DNA of 64,000 nucleotides from Lentisphaerota bacterium (GTDB lineage Bacteria > Verrucomicrobiota > Lentisphaeria > Oligosphaerales > JABHEG01): positions 1,207 through 65,206 of the forward strand of contig JABHEG010000146.1 of the NCBI GenBank assembly GCA_018676675.1, in the 5' to 3' direction. The notes under the pieces were generated by a model. The model worked only from the letters and a program-made list of their open reading frames with translations. It searched no databases and was not told the origin of the DNA. Position 1 is the first letter of the stretch; each line of letters opens with the position of its first letter. Shown here piece by piece: positions 1-8,076 of the stretch. The translations under genes were made by a program, and so were the position numbers.

Positions 1-2
1 CC

Positions 3-194
3 GGGGGAGGCTACAGCAAGGAGTGGGAACGCACGAATCCTGCCTGGGACTATCGCTACCGGCTCCGCAACTTGACGCCCGGGGCGGAGGTGGTGATCCG
101 TTCGCGTGTTTGCTACAAGCGCTTTGTCAGCGATGAGGACATTCTGGCCGAGTACGAGGCGTGGCAGAAGCAGCTTGAGACAGGCAGCCGATGA
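3..194 (+). CDS. 3' end of a hypothetical protein (truncated by the window edge)
   Basis: Open frame from position 3 (GGGYSKEWERTNPAWDYRYRL...QLETGSR) to TGA at 192-194, translated by hand; not in the ORF track. Confidence 0.7.
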   Translation, partial: GGGYSKEWERTNPAWDYRYRLRNLTPGAEVVIRSRVCYKRFVSDEDILAEYEAWQKQLETGSR

Positions 195-258
195 ACTCGC
201 ACATACACGAACCGCCTCCGGGTCTGGCAGCTCAAGTCATCAAGCAGGACAGAAAACC

Positions 259-1986
259 ATGAACTTCCTCTATAGCCGCTTGGGCCCGCTTGCAGCGTGT
301 GTCGTTTTCGTTACCCTCGGTGTCGCTTCGGTTACGGCTGCTGAGCTTGTCTGGACGGACACGTTTGACCGTGATGAGCTCGGCCCCTGGGACGTAGCGG
401 ACATCGGCAGGAACATGGGGCCCTCGGATTGGCATGTCCGGGACGGTGCTCTCCACCAGACCACGAATATCTACACGCGCCCATGGGATGGTCGGGTCGA
501 GGCCAACTGGACCGGCAGCTTCTGTGTCGCGCAGCACGATGTCCCCGCCAATGCTCGTGTCAAGGTGGTGTTCCGATCCAGTGACGATGATGGAATCGGG
601 ATCGTTTGGCGCTGGAAGGACGCCCGCAACTACTACAAGTTCCAAGTCGATGGGCGCCCGCCGTTTTGGCAGCTCAGCAAGACCGTCGACGGCCGCTACA
701 CCTGCCTGGCTTCGGGCACGAAGCCGGGCTACAAGACGAACCAACGCTATCATCTTCAGGTGCGCACCGAGGGGACCATCGGCCTTGTTTACATGAATGA
801 CCGGATGATCTGCGGCCTTGACGATCCGGACCTGGCCGCGGGGCGCGTGGGGGTTGAGTCACGCGGGAATCAGGGCAGTCACTTCGAGTCCGTTCGCGTC
901 GAGGCCCCAGCGTTCCGGCTCGACTCGGACGCGTTCAGCGTGTTCCTGCGAAGACAGGCCGCACGCAGGATCAGTTTGGACCGATTGGCTGTCCTGTCCG
1001 GGCAGGAGCTGCGCCTCAATTTGCCTACTTGTATGCGGGAGTACTTGTCCGGTCTGGTCGTCGCGATCGATTCGCCCAGCGGCTCGCGGACGAAGACGCT
1101 CCCACTCGACCCGCAACAGGATGCTGCCGGGCCTATTTGGGTAAACAGGGGAGCGGAAACGGGGGTCTGGACATTGCTCCTGCTCGAGAACGATGCTCCG
1201 TTGCGGACCTTCTGCTACAATGCGTGGCATGAGTTGCCCGAAGCTGTTGGTGTGTGTGCCCATCGCGGGGACAACCGTGTTGCGCCTGAGAATACGCTGG
1301 CGGCCATCGCGTCAGCCGTGGCCAAGGGGGCCCATCAGATCGAGATCGACCTCACGTCGAGCCGTGACGGGCAACTGGTTCTTCTGCATGACCTGACCCT
1401 CGACCGCACCACTAACGGCACCGGCAAGCCGGGCGACTACACGTTTGCGGAGTTGCGCAAGTTGGATGCCGGTGCATGGAAGGGCGAGAAATGGAAAGGC
1501 GGGAAGATCCCGACATTCAGGGAGGCCCTCGAAGCGATTCCCCAATGGATCCAGGTGAACTGCCATCTCAAAGGAGGGATTGGCGGCGCAGCAACCCGAG
1601 AGATCGTTGCCATGGAGAGGCTGGACCAGTGTTTTCTGGCCTGTGGACGCGGGGATGCGGCGGCAGCGCGCAAGGTCGATCCCCGGATACGCATCTGCAA
1701 CATGTCAGGGCAGAGAGGCGCCGATTCAGCGTATCCGGACCAGACCATCGCGATGAGGGCCCAGTACCTTCAGCTCAAAGGCTGGAGCGATTGTACGCCC
1801 CGTGTTTGCGACAAACTGCGGCGCCACGGAGTCACGATCAACTACTACGGCACCTCAGATCCCGTGATGTTTCGTAAACTCATCGAAGCGGGCGTCCAGT
1901 ATCCCCTCACAGACAATCTCGATGCCATGCTGGAGGTCCTGAAAGTCATGGGTATTCCTCCCGCAACGGCCCCGTTGGCCAGGTAG
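259..1986 (+). CDS. Secreted glycerophosphodiester phosphodiesterase (GDPD) family protein with an N-terminal DUF1080/concanavalin-like domain
   Basis: C-terminal AHRGDNRVAPENT, IEID and LLHDLTLDRTTNG motifs are typical of GDPD. Signal peptide follows ATG 259 (AGGA upstream). N-terminal beta domain contains GIGIVWRWKDARNYY...GRVGV. Confidence 0.85.
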   Translation: MNFLYSRLGPLAACVVFVTLGVASVTAAELVWTDTFDRDELGPWDVADIGRNMGPSDWHVRDGALHQTTNIYTRPWDGRVEANWTGSFCVAQHDVPANARVKVVFRSSDDDGIGIVWRWKDARNYYKFQVDGRPPFWQLSKTVDGRYTCLASGTKPGYKTNQRYHLQVRTEGTIGLVYMNDRMICGLDDPDLAAGRVGVESRGNQGSHFESVRVEAPAFRLDSDAFSVFLRRQAARRISLDRLAVLSGQELRLNLPTCMREYLSGLVVAIDSPSGSRTKTLPLDPQQDAAGPIWVNRGAETGVWTLLLLENDAPLRTFCYNAWHELPEAVGVCAHRGDNRVAPENTLAAIASAVAKGAHQIEIDLTSSRDGQLVLLHDLTLDRTTNGTGKPGDYTFAELRKLDAGAWKGEKWKGGKIPTFREALEAIPQWIQVNCHLKGGIGGAATREIVAMERLDQCFLACGRGDAAAARKVDPRIRICNMSGQRGADSAYPDQTIAMRAQYLQLKGWSDCTPRVCDKLRRHGVTINYYGTSDPVMFRKLIEAGVQYPLTDNLDAMLEVLKVMGIPPATAPLAR

Positions 1987-2011
1987 CTGGGACAAAGCGT
2001 ACCCGACCTAC
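1983..2011. repeat. GTAG...CTAC REP-like imperfect hairpin overlapping the GDPD stop codon
   Basis: gtagctgggac-aaagc-gtacccgacctac, between convergent genes. Confidence 0.45.
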
Positions 2012-2079
2012 ATCTCGTGCCCCTATACGAGGGTGGAGTTGCAGGATGGGGAGGGCTGATTGCCTCGGCCGCCTGCCGC

Positions 2080-2985
2080 TCAGCGGTTTGCCGCGTTTGC
2101 GGCCAGGCTTGCGGCCAGGTAGTCGTCCAGTAGTTCCAGCTCGAACTCGGCGACGACGTCCATGGCGGTGCGTTCATCCGTCATGCTGTAGATCAGTGCC
2201 GAACCGACGTTGGCGGGTGTGTCGATGATGATCTCACCCAGGTACTTCTTCTCGATCTCGGCGAACTTCGTCCGATTCTTGTCCAGATGCACCATCACGC
2301 GGTCCAGGTTGATGGTCGCTCGGGCGACGTTTGTGTAGCAGTCGGTTACCTTCAGTTCCCGGCCAAAGGGGTCCAGTACGCCACAGCCCATGAACTGCAG
2401 TGCAGAGACGAAGAACGCGCGGCAGTCGTAGGCCCACATCTGCTGCATGAGGCCGCCGTGGTAAGCGCTGGCGAAGGTCAGGATGTCAGGCTTCAGGGCT
2501 CGGTACTGCTGCCGTAGTTCCTCGAAGTTCAGATCAAAGCAGATCACTCCGCCCAGACGCCCGATCGCTGTATCTATGACCACGGCTTTCGTGCCTGAAC
2601 GTTCGCCTTTCCCAATCGCGGTGTAGGTGAGGTTGACCTTGTGGTACACACCCAGAATGTCGCCGTCGGGCCCGAAGTAGACGATCGAGTTGTACACGTC
2701 GTCACCTTCGCGGACACGCGATGCGCCGGCCACATGGCACTTCTCTGCCGCTGCGAAACGCGCATACGTCTGCAACAACGGCCCCGGGTTCGCAATCTCT
2801 TCGGCCGTTTCCAGGGTCTGGGCCAGGATCGCCAGTTCGCAGGTCACGACTAAGTCCAGACCGTAGCCTTTCAGGGAGTTCAGCTTGGCCTCCATCTCGC
2901 GGCAGATGACCTTCCCGGCGTCGGGGGCGCCCCCGCTCGTGCTCGTAGCGAACTGCACTCCGGCAACGTTGACAAACTTGGCCAT
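2080..2985 (-). CDS. Carbon-nitrogen hydrolase (nitrilase/amidase) family protein
   Basis: VAGVQF start, CEL (catalytic Glu), YNS..GVYHK (Lys) and GRLGGVICFDLNF (Cys); AGGAG RBS. Confidence 0.88.
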   Translation of the reverse strand: MAKFVNVAGVQFATSTSGGAPDAGKVICREMEAKLNSLKGYGLDLVVTCELAILAQTLETAEEIANPGPLLQTYARFAAAEKCHVAGASRVREGDDVYNSIVYFGPDGDILGVYHKVNLTYTAIGKGERSGTKAVVIDTAIGRLGGVICFDLNFEELRQQYRALKPDILTFASAYHGGLMQQMWAYDCRAFFVSALQFMGCGVLDPFGRELKVTDCYTNVARATINLDRVMVHLDKNRTKFAEIEKKYLGEIIIDTPANVGSALIYSMTDERTAMDVVAEFELELLDDYLAASLAANAANR

Positions 2986-3055
2986 GATGGGTCTCCTACA
3001 GCTTCTGCAATACGATTAACCAGTGACTGTATCCAGGATGTCTTCGAGATGACTT

Positions 3056-4402
3056 CTATCTTTTCGCGTCCGGCGGTTCGGGCCTCAGGGAGTACTTGTC
3101 CGTGTAGTGGTATCGTGGCCCGCCAATTCGGATGCGGGCAAGATAGATGCATGATCTCTGCAGGTGTGCGCGCCGACTCTCGGGGTTGGGGTCCTCGTGG
3201 CACGAGTAGTAGCTTATCCAGAGCTCGCCATTCACCTCGACGATTCCCGGATAGGCGTTGTCCCCCTGTGAAGGCAGATCCGCGATTCTATGTAGTATAC
3301 TATTGTCTATGTCCAGCTCGTAGAGGGCCGTGACTGAGTCTCCGTAACCCCCGCCTCCATGCCGGCCTCCGAACCGACCCGCAACGACAATACGTCCGTC
3401 TGACAGGCGGGCCATTTTCGGTCCGCCGAGATTGACCGCGGTCTGCCTGGACCAGTCCCACTCCGTGTATGGCGGCCTGGAGAACCCGATGTTGGACAGT
3501 TGTCTATTGACGCGGGGTGCGTTGCGCAAGTAGACCCAGGCGCTGTCATCAGCGTCTATGAAAATGGACGCCTCATTTCCCTGGTGCTTCCCCTCGGTAT
3601 CTTTGGGGAATATATCTGCCGCCAGCAGTTCCCATTCCTTGCCATCGTCTGTGCGGTAGATGGCGCCCTTTCGTCCGTGCTTCCCGGAATGCGCGACGGC
3701 ATAGCCTGCGCCCTTATGCCAGGCACAGCTCCAGAGCCAGGTGTTCCCGGCAACAGTGCTGACATTGGGGCCCTGCCACTCCTGGCCGTCCGAGGACAGC
3801 CAGGTCATTGATCTGCCTATTGTTCCGTCGGATTCCTCGCCCTCCTTGAACCAGCGATCCCTGAACGCTGATTTTGCCGGTTCGAATCGGTAGCTCTCAT
3901 AGGCAAGCAACACCAGTTGACTGTCCTGGGTCACCGCCAGCTTTGAATCTCGAACATCCACGCTTTTCTCTTCAGGCTGATAGAAGAAGACGGACGTCCA
4001 CCTCTTCCCGTCCTTTGATCTCACGACGCGTAGTCCGCCGAGGGAACCGGTAACGGCGTGATCCTCTCCCACTCGAAAGACGCAGTACCAGCAGCCCTTG
4101 AACCTGGTGAGATCGGTGAAGGCATTGTGCCTCGTCTCGGGGTCGCCATTGGGCCAGTTCCCGTTCGCCCAGATGCGCCGGACGTCAAGGAGCTTCCAGC
4201 CGCTCAGCTTGTAGAGCTCGAGCACCGCGTTCATGCTCAGGATGCTGGGGTCGGTCTCTGACACGTACTGCGTCATTGCGCGTTTTCCTTCCCTGCTTAT
4301 GTCGGCTTCTTGAGCCCGAACAGACATGTCTGACAGAAGTGTTCCTGACAGTGCGACCACAGCAAGAGACCCCGTAACGAGTTTTGCAGAACCGATATCC
4401 AT
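3056..4402 (-). CDS. Secreted BNR/Asp-box beta-propeller (exo-sialidase-like) protein
   Basis: HNAFTDL..F.G.WYCVFR, Asp-boxes SKDGKRW, SSDGQEW and TDDGKEW, C-terminal LPSQGDNAYPG...ISYYS; signal peptide. Confidence 0.78.
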   Translation of the reverse strand: MDIGSAKLVTGSLAVVALSGTLLSDMSVRAQEADISREGKRAMTQYVSETDPSILSMNAVLELYKLSGWKLLDVRRIWANGNWPNGDPETRHNAFTDLTRFKGCWYCVFRVGEDHAVTGSLGGLRVVRSKDGKRWTSVFFYQPEEKSVDVRDSKLAVTQDSQLVLLAYESYRFEPAKSAFRDRWFKEGEESDGTIGRSMTWLSSDGQEWQGPNVSTVAGNTWLWSCAWHKGAGYAVAHSGKHGRKGAIYRTDDGKEWELLAADIFPKDTEGKHQGNEASIFIDADDSAWVYLRNAPRVNRQLSNIGFSRPPYTEWDWSRQTAVNLGGPKMARLSDGRIVVAGRFGGRHGGGGYGDSVTALYELDIDNSILHRIADLPSQGDNAYPGIVEVNGELWISYYSCHEDPNPESRRAHLQRSCIYLARIRIGGPRYHYTDKYSLRPEPPDAKR

Positions 4403-4585
4403 GGTATTCCCAACCGATGACAGATGGGCTGTTGACGACCGTCCTAAGGATAGGGTCGACCGATTCGTGATGCAACTCGGAAAACTCCAGGCCAGTGCCC
4501 GGACGAGAAGTCCAGCTGCGCAGGTGTCAGTTGTTCAGGCGTGCCGGGAACGCCCCCAGATGGACTGTGTGGATGTCGGCCGGCC

Positions 4586-4691
4586 GTTTGTAGTGAGCGA
4601 CGTAGGCCTTGCGGAGTCGCGTTGGCATGCGAGTTGATCCCCACAGGACAGAAGAACGGCACTCCGCTCCGCTACGAGCCTTACTACAAAC
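4586..4691. repeat. Inverted doublet (REPIN-like) of the GTAG repeat family
   Basis: gtttgtagtgagcgacgtaggccttgcggagtcgcgtt (4586-4623, +). The reverse complement of 4655-4691 reads gtttgtagtaaggctcgtagcggagcggagtgccgtt. Confidence 0.8.
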
Positions 4692-4814
4692 AGATTGCCA
4701 CAGCGAGCGGGAAGAAACCCAGACGATACCTTGGAATAGCATTTGGGGGGGCAGTACACTCCCCCGTTGCCGTTACGGATGTTTCAGATAGCCACAACGG
4801 GGGCCACAGTCACG

Positions 4815-6761
4815 ATGGATATGTCGGCGAGAGACGAAGAACACTCAGCGAGGAAAGACCTCCGCACGTTGTCGCCCTCGGCCTGGCCGAAACGAACCGC
4901 GCTGTTGTGCATCCTTCTGCTGGTCAGCATCAGTCCATCCTGCCTGGCCTGGAGCCTGGGACACTGGAAGATCACCCGGGCGGCCCTGGACACGTTGCCG
5001 GCCTGGCAACGGGAGCTTTGGCGAGATTCCTACGACGATTTCCGAACATACTGCCTCTTCCCGGATATGGGGCTGGCGAATCCCGACGTCAAGCCCTACC
5101 TGGTGGTCATTGGCGGACGCCTGTTCCACTATTTTCCGCGTGACAATCGGCAGGATTTCGCGTTTTTCAACGACGGCGCTGAGCAGTATGTGCGCCAGAT
5201 CCTCGCCGCCATGCGTGAGGAACGTTATGTGGATGCTGCGAAGTTCGCGGGGGCGCTTGCTCATGCCCTTGAGGATGCGGGCCAGCCTCAGTGTCATTCA
5301 CTGGAGGGGATTAACGGGTTCCCCTGGGCCGTTCTCGATGAGCTCTTCACTCCGGAGGACCAGAGCTGGAATCGTGCCCCCCAGTCCATCATCAGCCTGG
5401 ACGACGACGCACGCTTCAAAGTCTCGCTTGGCGACTACCGGCCGAAGCTCCTTGGCACGCATCCGCGAGAAGTGGCCTTCCGCCTCTACCAACGGACCTG
5501 CCAGTTGCGCCGTGGAGCACGCAAAGCGCTTCCGGCCATGCTTCGGCATGTGTATGCCGGTGACAAAGAAGCGGCGATCAAGGCCACTGTGCCTCCGGCA
5601 GTCGCCGATGCGCAACTCGTGGCGGACCTGTTCTACACGTGCTTCGCCCTGACGACTGACCGGTATGAACCTGGCGAAGTGGCAACCATCGAGACACTGG
5701 ATCTGACGTCCTTAGTTCCAATCGCCGCCCCTACCTACATCAACCATCCCTACCGCTTCAGCCCCCTGGCCTACGGTTGCTGTGTCAACGCGAAACGCGA
5801 ACCTGTTCCCCTGGAAGTGTGGACAACGAGGGACGGCGGGAAGCAGAAGGTGGTCCTGGCAAAAGGCATCGGCACGGGGTGCTGTCGCTTCAGCTACATG
5901 GTTCCGGCGGGGGTGTTCAACGAATTCCGCTGCACGGCGGGACTGCACGCCAGCCTTTCCTCCCACCCGTCCGGAGCCAAACTGAATCTGACGATTCGGT
6001 GGAATGGCAAGGACGCGTTTTCGAGCGGGGAACTGCTGGACGGTTCGCTGGCTCAGGATGTGGTCATTCCTGTCGCGGAGGGGGGAACGCTGGAGTTCGT
6101 CTCGAAAGGCAAGCCCGGATCGACTGCGAACTACGCAAACCATGCGGTCTGGGGGAATCCGGTCCTCGCGCGATTGGTCCCGACGGCGGAGTCCGCAACC
6201 CCGACGACGTCTGCAGCTGTGGACACCGCTCCCACGGCCTCCGCTGAACCGCTATCTGAGAACCTTCTGGTCAATGGATCGCTCGAGGAATGGACCGAAG
6301 GGGGGCTCCCCGCCGGCTGGCGAATCCATGCCCGCAAGGGCAAACCCAAACCCGTGACCAGAGAATCCACCGAGACCCACTCCGGCACGGCATCGGCTCG
6401 CTGCCACGTCGATGACGAGGGGTCCATCGCGGCGCTCTGGACCAGCTTCAAGAATGAGCCTGAGAAACGCTACCGGCTCACTTTTTGGTGGAAATCACGG
6501 GTGGGGATCATTCAGTATGCTGTCAAGCGCGTCAAAAAGGGAGGCGGTTGGGTCGCCTACAACGGACGCGCTTGGCGACCTGCCAACTCCAATCCCCTTG
6601 CCCAAGGCGCGCCCAACACCTGGACCCGCACCGTGGTCGAGTTCCCGGCGTTCGAGGAATCGATGGATATGAACATTGAGATCTGCCGCCCGTTCGCGAA
6701 GGGCACCGGATACGACATCTACGTCGATGATGTCTCGCTGGAGGAGATCCCGGTCCGTTAG
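4815..6761 (+). CDS. Secreted Zn-dependent phospholipase C/S1-P1 nuclease-like domain fused to NPCBM/NEW2 and CBM-like domains
   Basis: Signal peptide followed by WSLGHWKIT; HALEDAGQPQCH metal motif; KGIG...HAVWGNPVL NPCBM-like segment; NLLVNGSLEEW...IYVDDVSL CBM4/9-like tail. Start uncertain (frame open from 4743). Confidence 0.7.
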   Translation: MDMSARDEEHSARKDLRTLSPSAWPKRTALLCILLLVSISPSCLAWSLGHWKITRAALDTLPAWQRELWRDSYDDFRTYCLFPDMGLANPDVKPYLVVIGGRLFHYFPRDNRQDFAFFNDGAEQYVRQILAAMREERYVDAAKFAGALAHALEDAGQPQCHSLEGINGFPWAVLDELFTPEDQSWNRAPQSIISLDDDARFKVSLGDYRPKLLGTHPREVAFRLYQRTCQLRRGARKALPAMLRHVYAGDKEAAIKATVPPAVADAQLVADLFYTCFALTTDRYEPGEVATIETLDLTSLVPIAAPTYINHPYRFSPLAYGCCVNAKREPVPLEVWTTRDGGKQKVVLAKGIGTGCCRFSYMVPAGVFNEFRCTAGLHASLSSHPSGAKLNLTIRWNGKDAFSSGELLDGSLAQDVVIPVAEGGTLEFVSKGKPGSTANYANHAVWGNPVLARLVPTAESATPTTSAAVDTAPTASAEPLSENLLVNGSLEEWTEGGLPAGWRIHARKGKPKPVTRESTETHSGTASARCHVDDEGSIAALWTSFKNEPEKRYRLTFWWKSRVGIIQYAVKRVKKGGGWVAYNGRAWRPANSNPLAQGAPNTWTRTVVEFPAFEESMDMNIEICRPFAKGTGYDIYVDDVSLEEIPVR

Positions 6762-6841
6762 GGAAGACCGGCTTCCGGGCAGTGCCGACGGAAAGCGTTC
6801 CCGGACGGTGTCGGGCGGGTGCTGGAATTGCAGGAGTGATC

Positions 6842-8032
6842 ATGCAGAGAATGGCCATTAGTCGAGTTGTTGTTGTCGCCGCAGTTCTCCAGTCTGCCTG
6901 CCTGCTGCGGGCAGCCGAGGTGACGATACCTGTGGACTCACCTGCGGTTGTGTTCTCGCCTGGGAACTGGGTGGGAGATAGTGGGCGTGGGGGCGAACGC
7001 TATCGGCAGACGTGGAATCCGGGGGCTTATGCCCGGATTACCTGGGAGTCGACAGCCAAGAGCGCTGCCCCAACGCTGCTGCTTGATACATCCACCTACG
7101 ACGGAACCTTCAAGCCCCCGATCCTCGCCTGCAATCTGGATGGCGTCTGGGCCGGCAATTTCCCCTGTGCCGCCGAGATCCCTATCCCCGAAGTGAAGGG
7201 CACGAACACGCATGTGCTGACGGTGTACCTGAAGAAGAGCACCCAAGTCAAGCGTTGGGGCATGCCAGGTGTAAGCGGCCTGAACGTCGTGCGCATCACG
7301 GGGCTGAAAGTCGCGGAAGGCAGCAAGCCCATCGCCGCCGCCGCGCGCCCGAAGTGGGCATTGATCGTTGGCGACAGCATCACGGAAGGTTGCGGTGCCT
7401 ACGAACTCGAAGGCTACTCACACCTCGTCGGACAGGCCTTGGTGACACAGGGCTACGAGTACACCATAAGCGCTTGCGGCTGGAGCGGCTGGCTGAACCG
7501 AGGCGATCGTCCGCCAGGGGATGTGCCCGGGTATTACGTGGTGACCGGATCTGTCGACGGCACAGGTGGCGTCTACGATGAGGCGGCAAGCCGCTGGAAC
7601 AAGATCGATGCCAACCACTCCCTGCTGGACGCTCAGAGCCGCATCAGCGCCTATGGCGGAACCGACCAGGAGCCCGGCGTGATCCTGATCAATTACGGCA
7701 CAAACGATGTGCTGCACAGATCGAACGCAAGTGATGTCGTCGCCAGCATGGAACAGTGCCTCATGGCGTTGCGCGACGCTGCTCCAGCCGCTCACATCGT
7801 TTTCGTCATTCCGTTCGGGCAGTACAAAGCCGCGGAGATCCATAGGACTGTCCGGGACTACCAGGCAGCGCACCCGGATGACCAGCGCATTTTAGTCATC
7901 GACTTGGGGCCTGGCACAGCCCGGGCTCTGCGGGTCAAAAAGGGCTACTGGGGCGGACTGCACCCGAATGCCAGAGCCCATGCGACGTTCGCGGCCCAGA
8001 TCGTCGCGCAACTGATGGTGACGCTCAACTGA
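6842..8032 (+). CDS. Secreted SGNH/GDSL hydrolase (CE2-like carbohydrate esterase architecture)
   Basis: IVGDSITEG, INYGTND and GLHPN blocks after an N-terminal beta domain; GGAG RBS; signal peptide. Confidence 0.82.
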   Translation: MQRMAISRVVVVAAVLQSACLLRAAEVTIPVDSPAVVFSPGNWVGDSGRGGERYRQTWNPGAYARITWESTAKSAAPTLLLDTSTYDGTFKPPILACNLDGVWAGNFPCAAEIPIPEVKGTNTHVLTVYLKKSTQVKRWGMPGVSGLNVVRITGLKVAEGSKPIAAAARPKWALIVGDSITEGCGAYELEGYSHLVGQALVTQGYEYTISACGWSGWLNRGDRPPGDVPGYYVVTGSVDGTGGVYDEAASRWNKIDANHSLLDAQSRISAYGGTDQEPGVILINYGTNDVLHRSNASDVVASMEQCLMALRDAAPAAHIVFVIPFGQYKAAEIHRTVRDYQAAHPDDQRILVIDLGPGTARALRVKKGYWGGLHPNARAHATFAAQIVAQLMVTLN

Positions 8033-8035
8033 ACG

Positions 8036-8075
8036 CGTTCGTAGTGAGCGACGTAGGCTCTGCGGAGTCGCGTTG
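8036..8075 (+). repeat. GTAG repeat family copy
   Basis: cgttcgtagtgagcgacgtaggctctgcggagtcgcgttg, 37/40 identical to 4585-4624; fills the gap between two convergent stop codons. Confidence 0.88.
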
Positions 8076-8076
8076 C

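Noticed and set aside
106-258. Long N-terminal extensions in the ORF track (also at 10683, 11876, 19162, 28163, 30006, 47833 and 51782)
   Set aside because: Downstream starts have RBS and signal or Tat peptides; the extensions overlap neighbouring genes or non-coding DNA.
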